A stretch of DNA of 50,707 nucleotides from Alphaproteobacteria bacterium (GCA_020025875.1 JAHHRI010000005.1:1-50707), one strand, 5' to 3'. Positions 17,782-27,804 are shown, numbered from the stretch's first letter. The notes: generated by a model from the sequence alone, not told the origin. Numbers and translations are program-made.

Positions 17782-20418
17782 ATGTTAGATAAGACTTACG
17801 ATCCGAAGAACTTTGAAGAAAAAATTTATGCCGAGTGGGAAGCTGCCGGCAATTTCAAACCAAACATGAACAAAACCAAGGAAGCCTTCGGCGTAGTTAT
17901 TCCGCCACCCAATGTTACCGGCATTTTGCATATGGGGCATGCGTTGGACGACACCTTGCAAGATATCCTGATTCGCTATAACCGGATGCTTGGCAAAAAT
18001 GTTTTATGGCAGCCCGGTATGGATCATGCAGGCATTGCCACACAGATGGTGGTTGAGCGCAACCTTGCCGCAGAAGGAATTTCCCGCCACGATCTCGGAC
18101 GGGAAAAGTTTATCGAAACCGTCTGGCAGTGGAAAGAAAAGTCCGGCGGCACCATTTGCAAACAGCTGCGCCGTTTGGGAGCTTCCTGCGACTGGTCACG
18201 GGCACGTTTTACCATGGACGAGGGATTGTCTCGCGCGGTACGCAAAATTTTTGTTCGTTTGTATAAAGACGGATTGATCTACAAAGCCAAAAAACTGGTC
18301 AACTGGGACTCTACGTTTATGACGGCCGTTTCCGATTTGGAAGTGGTACAGAAAGAAACCGTCGGTAAAATGTACTATTATAAATATCCGATCAAAGGAG
18401 AAGAGGGCGGGTTTGTTCATATTGCCACCACTCGGCCGGAAACCATGTTCGGCGATACGGCCGTTGCCGTTTCTAAAAACAACGAAAAGTTAAAGCACTT
18501 GATCGGTAAAGAATGCCTTATCCCGATGATCAATCGGGCGATTCCGATTGTTGCCGACGATCATGCCGATCCCGAAAAAGGCACCGGTGCCGTCAAAATT
18601 ACTCCGGCACACGACTTTAACGATTTTGAGGTCGGCAAACGCCATAATCTGCCGTTGATCAACATTTTAAATCCGGATGCCACCTTAAACGAGAACACGC
18701 CGTTTGCCGGCATGGATACGCAAAGCGCCCGCAAGGCAACCATTGCCAAACTGGAAGAATTGGGCTTTATGGAAAAGATTGAAGATCATCAGATGGTCAT
18801 TCCTTACGGCGACCGTTCCAATGTTGTTATCGAACCCATGCTGACCGACCAATGGTTTGTCGATGCGCCCACGCTGGCCAAAGAGGCCATTCGCGCCGTT
18901 GAAGACGGAGAAATGCAGTTTGTGCCGAAGTCTTATGAAAAAACTTATTTTGAATGGATGCGCAATATTCAGCCGTGGTGTATTTCCCGCCAACTTTGGT
19001 GGGGACACCAAATGCCGATTTGGTATGGTCCCGACGGCGAGATATTCTGTGAGGAAGATGAAGAAAAAGCGCAAGCGGCAGCCGACAAACATTACGGAAG
19101 CCACACGGAACTGACAAGAGAAACCGATGTGCTGGATACATGGTTTTCTTCCGGCCTATGGGCTTTTTCAACTTTGGGCTGGCCGGATAAAAGCGAATAT
19201 CTGGACACCTTTTACCCAACTTCGGTTTTGGTTACCGGTTTTGACATCATTTTCTTCTGGGTTGCGCGGATGATGATGATGAGTATGTATGTCATGAAAA
19301 AAGTGCCGTTCAAAAAAGCCTATATTCATGGTTTGATACGCGACGAACAGGGACGTAAGATGTCCAAGTCGAAAGGCAATACGGTAGATCCGATGGATAT
19401 TATTGAAAAATACGGTGCCGATGCGTTGCGTTTCTTTATGGCGGCAATGGAAACTCAGGGGCGTGATATCAATATTTCCGAAGCCAGAATCCAAGGCTAT
19501 CGCAACTTTGCGACCAAACTGTGGAATTCTGCCCGCTTTGGAGAGATGAACGACTGCGCGCTGCCGGCAGATTTTACTGAAAACAATGTTAAGTATCCGG
19601 TCAACCGCTGGATTGTCGCAAAAGTGAAAGAAGCCTCTGTCGAACTGACCAAAAATCTTGATAACTTCCGTTTTTCCGATGCCGCAAACATCGTTTATCA
19701 GTTTGTATGGGGAGCTTTTTGCGACTGGTATATTGAAATGATTAAGCCGATTTTGTACGGCGACAACGAAGACGAAAAGGCAGAAACCCGTGCGGTGTTT
19801 GCTTGGGTTTTGGAGCGTATTCTAATTATCTTGCATCCGTTCATGCCTTTCATTACCAGCGAATTGTGGAACAACGGCAAAGCACGTCAGGAGCATCTGA
19901 TTAATGCCGCTTGGCCGAAAAACGAGAGTTTTGACACGGCAGCCATTAACGATATCGACTGGGTGATTGACCTGATCGGAGCCATTCGCTCTCTGCGTGC
20001 CGAAATGAACTTGCCTGCCGGTGCCAAATTGACGGTTCGGTTAAAAGGTGCCAATGCGGATTCTCTGAACCACTTGCAGCGCTTTAAGCCGATTATTTGT
20101 TCGTTGGCGCGGTTGGAAGATATCGGCAGTTATGAAGATGAGATCACTCCCGACATGGCGGAAAGCGTTTTCCGAGAAGCGTCGCTCTTAATTCCGCTTA
20201 AAGGCGTGGTCGATTTTGCCGCCGAGCGCGAACGCTTGCAAAAAGAGCTGGACGGGCTGAAACAAAACTTAATCGGTTATGAACGTAAGTTATCAAACCC
20301 CAGTTTTGTTGAGCGTGCACCTGCCGCAGTTGTTGAGGAAGAAAAACGTCGCCGCCAAGAAGCTTTGGAAAACAAGGAAAAAGTTGAGAAAGCATTGGCA
20401 CGGATTGTCGGGCTGTAA
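17782..20418 (+). CDS. valS: Valyl-tRNA synthetase.
   Basis: PPPNVTGILHMGHAL and KMSKSKGN motifs, plus a C-terminal coiled coil. ATG 17782 gives the conserved N-terminus MLDKTYDPKNFE. Confidence 0.95.
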   Translation: MLDKTYDPKNFEEKIYAEWEAAGNFKPNMNKTKEAFGVVIPPPNVTGILHMGHALDDTLQDILIRYNRMLGKNVLWQPGMDHAGIATQMVVERNLAAEGISRHDLGREKFIETVWQWKEKSGGTICKQLRRLGASCDWSRARFTMDEGLSRAVRKIFVRLYKDGLIYKAKKLVNWDSTFMTAVSDLEVVQKETVGKMYYYKYPIKGEEGGFVHIATTRPETMFGDTAVAVSKNNEKLKHLIGKECLIPMINRAIPIVADDHADPEKGTGAVKITPAHDFNDFEVGKRHNLPLINILNPDATLNENTPFAGMDTQSARKATIAKLEELGFMEKIEDHQMVIPYGDRSNVVIEPMLTDQWFVDAPTLAKEAIRAVEDGEMQFVPKSYEKTYFEWMRNIQPWCISRQLWWGHQMPIWYGPDGEIFCEEDEEKAQAAADKHYGSHTELTRETDVLDTWFSSGLWAFSTLGWPDKSEYLDTFYPTSVLVTGFDIIFFWVARMMMMSMYVMKKVPFKKAYIHGLIRDEQGRKMSKSKGNTVDPMDIIEKYGADALRFFMAAMETQGRDINISEARIQGYRNFATKLWNSARFGEMNDCALPADFTENNVKYPVNRWIVAKVKEASVELTKNLDNFRFSDAANIVYQFVWGAFCDWYIEMIKPILYGDNEDEKAETRAVFAWVLERILIILHPFMPFITSELWNNGKARQEHLINAAWPKNESFDTAAINDIDWVIDLIGAIRSLRAEMNLPAGAKLTVRLKGANADSLNHLQRFKPIICSLARLEDIGSYEDEITPDMAESVFREASLLIPLKGVVDFAAERERLQKELDGLKQNLIGYERKLSNPSFVERAPAAVVEEEKRRRQEALENKEKVEKALARIVGL

Positions 20419-20430
20419 TCAATAAAGGAA

Positions 20431-20470
20431 CAAAGTCTTGCTGCTTTTTCGGAGCAAGACTTTGTTTTTT
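20431..20470 (+). terminator. Rho-independent terminator after valS.
   Basis: CAAAGTCTTGCT-loop-AGCAAGACTTTG followed by T6. Confidence 0.8.
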
Positions 20471-20486
20471 GGGGTATGGGAAGATC

Positions 20487-21110
20487 ATGAAACTTTTGGG
20501 GCGGAAAAAGCTTTTGATTATTGTCGCAATAGGGCTATGGGTTGCGGTGATGCTGTATGCCAATTTCTATCAAATATATCGTTATCTGCCCGCTCGTGAC
20601 GGCGCAGAGTTTGTGCTCTCCGGCGGCGTGTTGGTTGATCGGGTTTCGCAAAAGCCTTGTCAGGGGCTGGTTCGGCTGAAAAACGGTGAGCAAACGGCTG
20701 TTTTTGCTTATGCCGACGGTCGTCCGCATGGTCTCGGCGTTGTTTATGATAACGGGCAGGTGGCAGAGGTCGTTCATTGGCAGAACGGCCGTCGGGACGG
20801 CAAGTTTATGTCTTTTGACAATGGGCGGCTGAGATTGTCCGGCACATATCGGCAAAATAACAAAGAGGGCGAATGGGAGCAATACGAAAATGGGCGGGTT
20901 GCTCTTAGCCGCACCTATCATGATGATGTTCCCGAAGGGGTGGCCAGTCGTTATTATCCAAACGGCAGGGTGTATATCCGTATGAACTATCAAAGAGGCA
21001 TTCCTAACGGGTATTATGCCATGTATGCCGAGGACGGTACGCCGATTGTCGAGGCTTTTCTCAAGAACGGCGATTTTGCAGCGGTCAAACAATATCATTC
21101 CAATGACTGA
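20487..21110 (+). CDS. MORN-repeat (YwqK-like) protein with an N-terminal TM anchor.
   Basis: Repeated G-x-x-x-G-x-W-x-x-Y-x-NG units (GRRDGKFMSFDNG, KEGEWEQYENG, PEGVASRYYPNG, PNGYYAMYAEDG). Confidence 0.7.
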   Translation: MKLLGRKKLLIIVAIGLWVAVMLYANFYQIYRYLPARDGAEFVLSGGVLVDRVSQKPCQGLVRLKNGEQTAVFAYADGRPHGLGVVYDNGQVAEVVHWQNGRRDGKFMSFDNGRLRLSGTYRQNNKEGEWEQYENGRVALSRTYHDDVPEGVASRYYPNGRVYIRMNYQRGIPNGYYAMYAEDGTPIVEAFLKNGDFAAVKQYHSND

Positions 21111-21358
21111 CGAGCGGACAGAAATTTGTAAAAGCAAACTTGTCATCTGCAAGTAACGGAAAAAAGCGATAGACAAGAAGGCGCGCCGCCACGGCGTGAA
21201 TCATGCAGAGAGAGCGGTAAACGATAAAGTCGGCAGTTGTTGCCAAGGGCGGACAATAGCGTTTTTTCTCACCAGCTTAATTGGTTGTGTGCTTGCGGCA
21301 AAAGGTAAAGTCGGCAAACAAATTTTTAGGCAAAAAAGTAGGTGCTTTATCTGAAATT

Positions 21359-21543
21359 TACTTTGCTGTCTTTTTGCTTAGCATCAAGTGGAACGGCTTT
21401 GTCCTCTCTCTTTTTTTTGTTGGTTTGCAGCTGTGGGATCGTCAACTTTTTACTTTGCTGTCTTTTCGCTTAGCATCAAGTGGAACGGCTTTGTCCTCTC
21501 TCTTTTTTTGTTGGTTTGCAGCTGTTGGGATCTTCAACTTTTT
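21359..21543. repeat. Two tandem copies of a ~92-bp repeat inside a 710-bp non-coding gap.
   Basis: TACTTTGCTGTCTTTT.GCTTAGCATCAAGTGGAACGGCTTTGTCCTCTCTC... occurs at 21359 and again at 21451. Confidence 0.85.
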
Positions 21544-21754
21544 ATCTATATTTAGGAACTTTTTAGAAAAACGAGATATGGATTGCTTGAACAGTATATC
21601 CTCTGCCATGACGTCAGCCGGTGTAAGAAATATCGCATAACACTTGGCAATCGCCGATTTTTGATGATTGTTAAAGGGAAATAGGGAGAGATGGGAGTGC
21701 TTTTTCCATTAATAAGGAAAAAAAATCAGCTCCGTTATGGGCAAGCAATGTTTA

Positions 21755-21812
21755 AATAAAATAAAACCATCGGCAAAATCCGCTATTTTGAAAATACGTT
21801 TTTTGCCGATGG
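21755..21812 (-). terminator. Terminator of the 801-aa gene.
   Basis: CCATCGGCAAAA (21767-21778) pairs with TTTTGCCGATGG (21801-21812). A T-rich run follows on the minus strand. Confidence 0.6.
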
Positions 21813-21821
21813 AAAAATGTT

Positions 21822-24227
21822 TTAGCGAGATTGTCCGCCGCGATTGTCGTAACCGCGCATGGGCAATGCACCGCCGTTACGACCATTGTTTGCGCCACTG
21901 CGACTATTGTCGCCGTCACGTCTGTTGTCAACGCCGTTGCGACCGTTATCACGACCATTGTTTGCGCCACTGCGACCATTGTCGCCATCACGTCTGTTGT
22001 CAACGCCGTTGCGACTATTATCACGATCATTGTTTGCACTGCTGCGACCGTTGTCGCCGTCACGTCTGTTGTCATCGCCGTTGCGACCATTATCACGACC
22101 GTTGTTTGCACTGCTGCGACCGTTGTCGCCATCACGTCTGTTGTCAACGCCGTTGCGACCATTATCACGACCGTTGTTTGCACTGCTGCGAGCTTGCTCT
22201 CTTTCTTCTTTCAGACGCGACTGAACCTCTCTAAAGTCGTGCTTCGGACTTCCGAGTCTGATGATTAAGATCGGCGGCAGACCAATATCGGCCAGCTCAT
22301 TTTTAACGTTTTCAATTTCAGTAGATGCTTCACTAAGGTAAGGGTTGACGGCATCACGAGTCGGATTGCCTTTGTAAAATTCATCTTTAACCAGTTTTGT
22401 ATATTCGTCGTTGATTTTTTTAGAAGCCCGTGTCGCCTGTGTCTGTTGCATGAAAGAAAACAGCTTTTTGGCAGCTTCCGGCGGTATGTCGCGTACCTGT
22501 GTTTTTTCGGAGCCGCGGATGACTTCCCTGAATTTTTCTTTTTCTTCCGGTGTTAAAGATTGGCACTTGTCAGAAACAAAGTAGTCCAACGTTCCTTCCG
22601 TGTTTTTGGCGCCGATACCTTCACTATATGCCGCATATACCTTAGCCACAGCCATGGCGGCACCGATCGTTTCTGCGGCCCCGTTAGGATTGCTTGAACC
22701 GTTGCTTTTAACAATGTTTTCATATTGATCACGCAACCCAAAATCTTCCCATAAATCGCGGAAAGGAGCGTAATCGTAGGCACCGATGGCGTGTCTCACG
22801 CAGCGGCAGTCCACATTGTTTTTGTTGCTTTCGCTCTGCCAGTCGATGCCTTTGTTTTGCAGCTGACGAGCAAATTCCAAAGCCAGATCGCGGCGATATT
22901 TAATAACTTTGGGGTTGTTCTTCCCGTTTTTGGATTCTGCGGCTTCGATCATCTTGTCAAATTTTGTTTGGGACAGCTTCAATCCCAGCGGAACCATCAT
23001 TGCCCGCCCACAGGCGGCGCGAATGGCGCCTTCGTTGGCATCGGTCATGGTGCCGAATTTCACATGGCTGATACCCGCATCTTTATAAGTATCCATAATT
23101 CGGTCGGCATAATTGTCGCTGAGCGGTTTTCCGCTCGGAACGGAGAACGAAACTTCCAGTCGTCCGTCTTTGTCCATCTTGACATAAAGTTTGCATTCGC
23201 TACGAACTTTGATGTCTTTGGTTTTTTTGTCGAGAATACCGTCAAGTTTCATGTTGTCGGGATTTTCTTTATCAAAGGTCGTAAAGACGGTGTATCCGCC
23301 CTGATGGCTGACAAAATAGCTAAGATTGCGGCGTTTGTTCTTGTCCATCCATTTGGTAATCGATTCGATGGCGTTGTCGTAAGCGCCTGCCGGAGCTCTG
23401 TTGCGGTTGAGCGCTTTGTTTGACAAGGAGGTGTCAAAGGGCAGGTCTTCTTCGTTGCCGTCGGCAAAACGGCTCTCCTGCATCCCGTCGTTTCTTTGTT
23501 CTTCGTCACTTGGGTGTGTGTTGTCATTGGCAGATTGATCAATGCTGAGCGTGTTTGCCGATGTTGTCTGCACAAACGTTTCGTCGCTTTGTTTGGTTTG
23601 GCTTTCCAGCTCTTGTTTTGCCTGATCAAACATTTCTTCTGTCTGGCTGTCGGCATTGTCTAATTTTAAGTCGTCCATATTAAGATAGGAAATTAAGCCG
23701 CGGTGATCAAGCCAGCTAAGAATCTCTTTCAGCTGGTCGGGGCTCATGCCGTTGGGGTCAAAAGACAGCTTACCGTCTTGAATGCGAAACGAAACATCGG
23801 AGGGTTTCATAATTTCGACTGCCAGCAACAAGTTGCCGTTCTGATCTTCACAAATTTTGGCGTGCGCTTTTTCTGTTTCTGCGTCGTGTTCTTCGTTTTC
23901 GTTCGTTTCGGCGGTATACAATTCGCCATTGGTGTTTTCTTTCAGAGAAAAAAGAGTGGTGTATGTTTGCGGATCTTTATCGAACAACTCCAAATCTTTT
24001 AAGGCGTTATTATAAGCCATTTTGTCTTTGCGGTTGCGCAGCTGAGCCGCCCGTGCTTCGCGATCGTCATCAAATTCTTCAATGGGCGTTTCTTCTATTG
24101 AAGGAATGCGACTGAGCAAGGTTTGTCTGACTTCCTCGGCACTGTGCGACTGCTTGTCTGCAAAAGACGAAATGTCAAGCGCAATAAAAGGGTTAGACTG
24201 TGTTTCTGTGCGAATTTGGGTAACCAT
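21822..24227 (-). CDS. Large orphan protein (~801 aa) with an acidic N-terminal half and a C-terminal R/D/N/G repeat tail.
   Basis: Long ORF. ATG 24227 is preceded by GAGGAGAATTCC. I recognise no family motif. Confidence 0.7.
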   Translation of the reverse strand: MVTQIRTETQSNPFIALDISSFADKQSHSAEEVRQTLLSRIPSIEETPIEEFDDDREARAAQLRNRKDKMAYNNALKDLELFDKDPQTYTTLFSLKENTNGELYTAETNENEEHDAETEKAHAKICEDQNGNLLLAVEIMKPSDVSFRIQDGKLSFDPNGMSPDQLKEILSWLDHRGLISYLNMDDLKLDNADSQTEEMFDQAKQELESQTKQSDETFVQTTSANTLSIDQSANDNTHPSDEEQRNDGMQESRFADGNEEDLPFDTSLSNKALNRNRAPAGAYDNAIESITKWMDKNKRRNLSYFVSHQGGYTVFTTFDKENPDNMKLDGILDKKTKDIKVRSECKLYVKMDKDGRLEVSFSVPSGKPLSDNYADRIMDTYKDAGISHVKFGTMTDANEGAIRAACGRAMMVPLGLKLSQTKFDKMIEAAESKNGKNNPKVIKYRRDLALEFARQLQNKGIDWQSESNKNNVDCRCVRHAIGAYDYAPFRDLWEDFGLRDQYENIVKSNGSSNPNGAAETIGAAMAVAKVYAAYSEGIGAKNTEGTLDYFVSDKCQSLTPEEKEKFREVIRGSEKTQVRDIPPEAAKKLFSFMQQTQATRASKKINDEYTKLVKDEFYKGNPTRDAVNPYLSEASTEIENVKNELADIGLPPILIIRLGSPKHDFREVQSRLKEEREQARSSANNGRDNGRNGVDNRRDGDNGRSSANNGRDNGRNGDDNRRDGDNGRSSANNDRDNSRNGVDNRRDGDNGRSGANNGRDNGRNGVDNRRDGDNSRSGANNGRNGGALPMRGYDNRGGQSR
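21865..22186 (-). repeat. In-frame 72-bp (24-aa) tandem repeat of about 4.5 copies, encoding SSANNGRDNGRNGVDNRRDGDNGR.
   Basis: GACCATTGTTTGCGCCACTGCGAC recurs at 21881 and 21953, continuing at a 72-bp period. All six frames are open here. Confidence 0.9.
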
Positions 24228-24280
24228 GGAATTCTCCTCGGAAAGTCTTAAAATTTGCATATATCTTAGCACGATTACAT

Positions 24281-24316
24281 AAAAAAGCAAGCGGTTTTTG
24301 ACAAAAAAATCGCTTG
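24281..24316 (-). terminator. Putative terminator after lexA.
   Basis: CAAGCG (24288-24293) pairs with CGCTTG (24311-24316), with internal T5/A5 pairing. T6 follows on the minus strand. Confidence 0.45.
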
Positions 24317-24331
24317 TTGCCGGAGTCCAAA

Positions 24332-24988
24332 TTAGTGATATTTGCGTACAATACTGCTTAAAACGCCTTGTATTTTGACCCTTGACGGGTGCAATTTGCG
24401 AATTTCGTATAAGGAATTACATGGCTTTAGCCAGATTTCGTCTTTTTTCTTCTGCCAGACCTTAAGAGTTGCTTCGGCATCGTCGATGAGGGCAACGACA
24501 ATTTGTCCATTTTCGGCATTTTCGGCTTTGCGAATGATGGCGGTATCGCCGTCTAAAATACCGGCGTCCGTCATAGATTCTCCTTCAATGGTCAGGGCAT
24601 AGAACTTGCCCCGACTAACCATGTCAAAAGGCACGGTAACGGTTTCGTTTTCGTCGGCGATGGCGGCAATCGGCGTGCCGGCGGCAATTTTGCCGTAGAG
24701 GGGAATTTGCACGGCGGCTCCTTGCAGAGCCCGCTTCATTTTCTTTTCTTCTTCAATAATTTCCCGCGGTTTGAAACGAGGCGTGCGCAGCACTTCAAGC
24801 GCGCGTGCCTTGTGCGGCAGTTTTCTGATAAAATCGCGTTCGATCAGTTCTTCGACCAAAGCGTGAATGCCCGATTTCGATTTGATGCCTACCGCCTGTT
24901 TCATTTCTTCAAAAGAAGGGCAGCAGCCGTTTTCTTTAATCGAATTGTCGATAAACATCAACAGCTTGTATTGTTTGGGAGTGAGCAT
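24332..24988 (-). CDS. lexA: LexA repressor.
   Basis: N-terminal wHTH MLTPKQYKLLMFIDNSIKENGCCPSFEEM, an Ala-Gly cleavage site (KIAAGTPI), a Ser (EGESM) and a Lys (TLKVW). Confidence 0.93.
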   Translation of the reverse strand: MLTPKQYKLLMFIDNSIKENGCCPSFEEMKQAVGIKSKSGIHALVEELIERDFIRKLPHKARALEVLRTPRFKPREIIEEEKKMKRALQGAAVQIPLYGKIAAGTPIAAIADENETVTVPFDMVSRGKFYALTIEGESMTDAGILDGDTAIIRKAENAENGQIVVALIDDAEATLKVWQKKKDEIWLKPCNSLYEIRKLHPSRVKIQGVLSSIVRKYH

Positions 24989-25027
24989 CTTTGTCTTTCT
25001 TTCGCATGATGTGTTTTTAATATCTAT

Positions 25028-25042
25028 GTTCTACTTTAGTTC
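25028..25042. promoter_or_regulatory. Alphaproteobacterial-type SOS box GTTC-N7-GTTC in the lexA promoter.
   Basis: GTTCtactttaGTTC lies 40 nt upstream of the lexA start. On the lexA strand it lies between a TTGACG -35 and the start codon. Confidence 0.7.
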
Positions 25043-25068
25043 TTTGTTTCCGTCAAGCAATTATTAGG

Positions 25069-25097
25069 TTGAAAAAAATTCCTCTTGTGTTTATAGT
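25069..25097 (+). promoter_or_regulatory. Sigma70-like promoter TTGAAA-17-TATAGT for lysS.
   Basis: Read directly from the sequence, 37 nt upstream of ATG 25135. Confidence 0.4.
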
Positions 25098-25134
25098 AAC
25101 GAAAAAATGAGAACTTAAAAACAGGATTTTACCA

Positions 25135-26604
25135 ATGGCAACAGAAACAAACATTCATAGAGAATCACGCATGGCAAAGCTCAACGCTTTGACGGAAAAA
25201 AACTACAATCCCTATCCTTATTGCTTTAAGCCGAATGCCTTTGCCGCAGATCTGCAACAAAAATACCAAGACCTGCCCGCCGGCGAAAACACCGAAGATA
25301 GGGTTACTGTTGCCGGCCGCGCCATGGCGGTGCGTAACAGCGGTATGTTTATTGATTTGAAAGATACAAGTGGAAAAATTCAGATCTTTTGTCATAAAAG
25401 TCATCTTGATGAAAAGGGGCTGGAACTGTTACCTTGCTTGGACGTGGGCGATTTGGTCGGTGTTTCCGGCTTTGTCCGTCGCACGCCGAGAGGCGAACTT
25501 TCCATTGCCGCGGAACATTTTGATATCGTCGGAAAATCTTTGCAGCCTCTGCCGGAAAAGTTTCACGGGCTGACCGATGTCGAAGCCAGATACCGCCAAC
25601 GTTATGTCGATTTTATCACCAATGACGACAGCCGCGAAATTTTTAAAAAACGCTGTCAAATTACTTCTGCCATCCGCCGCTACTTTGAGGAACATGGTTT
25701 TCTTGAGGTGGAAACGCCGATGCTGCATTCAATTATGGGCGGCGCCAATGCCAAGCCGTTTGTTACCCACCACAATGCGCTGGATATGGATCTTTACCTG
25801 CGTATTGCTCCGGAATTGTACCTGAAACGACTGGTTGTCGGCGGTTTTGACCGTGTGTTTGAAATTGGCCGCAACTTCCGCAACGAAGGGGTTGACAAAA
25901 AGCATAATCCCGAATTTACCGCGTTGGAAGCCTACCAAGCTTATGCCGATTACAATGATATGGCGGCGCTCATTCCCGATCTGATTCGTTATGTTTGCGA
26001 ACAAGTGCTGGGCAAGCCTTCGTTTACGTTCAACGGGCAGGAAATTGATGTCTCCAAGCCCTTCCCGCGAAAATCAATTGTCGATCTGGTTCAAGAATAT
26101 GCCGGCATTGATCTGATGGTGGCTCAAACCGTTGAGGAAGCTCGCGCCATGGCAAAATCCGCCGGCGTCGATGCCTCCGCATGCTCCAATTGGGGCAAAG
26201 TGGTTCAGTTGGTGTTTGACGAAAAGGTGGAGGCTCACCTGATACAGCCCGTGTTGGTTATGGATATGCCGCGCGATGTTTCTCCGTTGGCAAAAACGCA
26301 CCGCGACAACCCGCGGTTGGTTGAACATTTTGATGCCTATGCCTGCGGAATGGAACTTGGTTGCGCCTATTCGGAGCTCTCTAATCCGCTTGAGCAGCGC
26401 GCCCGTTTCGAGGCTCAATGCGTGGAACGCGAAGCCGGTGACGATGAAGCCCAAATGCTGGATGAAGACTTTGTCAACGCGCTGGAAAATGCCCTGCCGC
26501 CAACCGGCGGAATGGGAATGGGAATTGACAGATTGGCGATTCTTCTGACCGGTGCGGACACCATCCGTGATGTTATTGCTTTTCCGACTTTACGCAATAA
26601 ATAA
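25135..26604 (+). CDS. lysS: Lysyl-tRNA synthetase, class II.
   Basis: OB-fold N-terminal domain and class II motifs ([21 protein letters not shown]). Confidence 0.95.
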   Translation: MATETNIHRESRMAKLNALTEKNYNPYPYCFKPNAFAADLQQKYQDLPAGENTEDRVTVAGRAMAVRNSGMFIDLKDTSGKIQIFCHKSHLDEKGLELLPCLDVGDLVGVSGFVRRTPRGELSIAAEHFDIVGKSLQPLPEKFHGLTDVEARYRQRYVDFITNDDSREIFKKRCQITSAIRRYFEEHGFLEVETPMLHSIMGGANAKPFVTHHNALDMDLYLRIAPELYLKRLVVGGFDRVFEIGRNFRNEGVDKKHNPEFTALEAYQAYADYNDMAALIPDLIRYVCEQVLGKPSFTFNGQEIDVSKPFPRKSIVDLVQEYAGIDLMVAQTVEEARAMAKSAGVDASACSNWGKVVQLVFDEKVEAHLIQPVLVMDMPRDVSPLAKTHRDNPRLVEHFDAYACGMELGCAYSELSNPLEQRARFEAQCVEREAGDDEAQMLDEDFVNALENALPPTGGMGMGIDRLAILLTGADTIRDVIAFPTLRNK

Positions 26605-26607
26605 ACA

Positions 26608-27804
26608 ATGGCAAAAAAAGGCGAAAAAGAAGGGCAGACGAAAACCGCCTCGGCAGAGCGGGGTTGTCGGTTGCGGTTTGTCGCCGTCTGCTTATTGTTG
26701 TCGATTGTGGTTATCGGGATATCTGTTTTTGTTGCGGCAAAAGGCGAAAGTTTTGCGCAAGAGCCTGCCGCCGCCGCTAAGACGGACGCTGTGCAAACCA
26801 AGCTGAGTGCAGAGGAACGCAACTATTTGCAGCGCGCCATGGAACAAGACGAGTTGGCAGACGATCATCTTTTTCAGTTGGACAAGGCGATGGGGAAAAA
26901 CAATCCGAACACCCCCCTGCCACCGGAAAACGAATGGGATAAAAAGGTGGCTTATATCAACGAAATTGAGCTGCCCTCGCAGATAATTTATGATTTTTAC
27001 GAAGAAAAATTGCCCGAAGATGTGATTGATACCGAGCCGTCCCCGAAAACTCATCCGAAAATCAGCGGTATCAAAATCGAAGTGAGCCGCAAACCGCCAT
27101 ACTTGGGCAGAGAACCGATTATGGCAATTGTGATCGACGATATGGGTGTCAGCCATCGGCGAACAGCCAAAATCATCTCGCTTGATTATCCGCTGACTTC
27201 TTCCTTTTTGACCTATGTGTCGAATTTGCAGCCGCAAATTGAGGCGGCAGAGCGGGCAGGGCATGAAATTATTGCCCATCTGCCGATGGAGCCCAAAGTC
27301 AGCATGAATATCTCACCCGACGTTTTGACGGTTGGCATGGACGAAAAGCAGGTGGCGACAGGCTTAAACGCCATGCTTGATAAGTTTTCCGACATTGACG
27401 GTGTGAACAATCATATGGGCAGCCGCTTTACCGAAGATGCCAAACGGATGACGGTGGTGATGAAAGAACTGGAAAAACGCGGGCTTTTTTTCCTCGATTC
27501 TAAAACAACGGCGCATTCTGTCGGAGAAAAAACCGCCCGAGCTAACAATGTCCGCTATGTTTCTCGGAATGTCTTTCTTGACAATGAAGATAAGTTTGAC
27601 TATGTCATGCGCCAGCTGCGGCAGACAGAAGCCATTGCCCGCAAAAACGGCTATGCGGTAGCCATCGGACACCCTAAAGAACAAACTTATAAAGCTCTGA
27701 AAGTTTGGCTGCCGACTTTAAAAAGCCGCAATTTGCGTTTGGTGCATCTGAGCGAAATTGTCAAAATGCTCAATCCGTCAATGACGGCAAACAGCCGCAA
27801 ATGA
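26608..27804 (+). CDS. Divergent polysaccharide deacetylase (YibQ-like) with an N-terminal TM anchor.
   Basis: IVIDDMG, HLPMEP, GVNNHMGSRFT, FFLDSKTT and AIGHP blocks, in the order typical of the YibQ family. Confidence 0.75.
   Translation: MAKKGEKEGQTKTASAERGCRLRFVAVCLLLSIVVIGISVFVAAKGESFAQEPAAAAKTDAVQTKLSAEERNYLQRAMEQDELADDHLFQLDKAMGKNNPNTPLPPENEWDKKVAYINEIELPSQIIYDFYEEKLPEDVIDTEPSPKTHPKISGIKIEVSRKPPYLGREPIMAIVIDDMGVSHRRTAKIISLDYPLTSSFLTYVSNLQPQIEAAERAGHEIIAHLPMEPKVSMNISPDVLTVGMDEKQVATGLNAMLDKFSDIDGVNNHMGSRFTEDAKRMTVVMKELEKRGLFFLDSKTTAHSVGEKTARANNVRYVSRNVFLDNEDKFDYVMRQLRQTEAIARKNGYAVAIGHPKEQTYKALKVWLPTLKSRNLRLVHLSEIVKMLNPSMTANSRK

Noticed and set aside
21281-21640. 119-aa + strand ORF across the 92-bp tandem repeat.
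   Set aside because: The two DNA repeat copies are translated in different frames (FAVFLLSIKWNGF versus FTLLSFRLASSGT), so there is no selection on the protein. There is no SD.
21737-22234. + strand 165-aa Cys/His/Arg-rich ORF (CCQRRCDHYHDRCLHCCDRC repeats) resembling a metal-binding repeat protein, plus other frames at 21752-22268.
   Set aside because: All six frames are open over the 72-bp repeats. Only the minus frame is continuous with a ~2.1-kb upstream ORF that has a good SD. The + ORF begins inside the terminator hairpin of that gene and lacks an SD.
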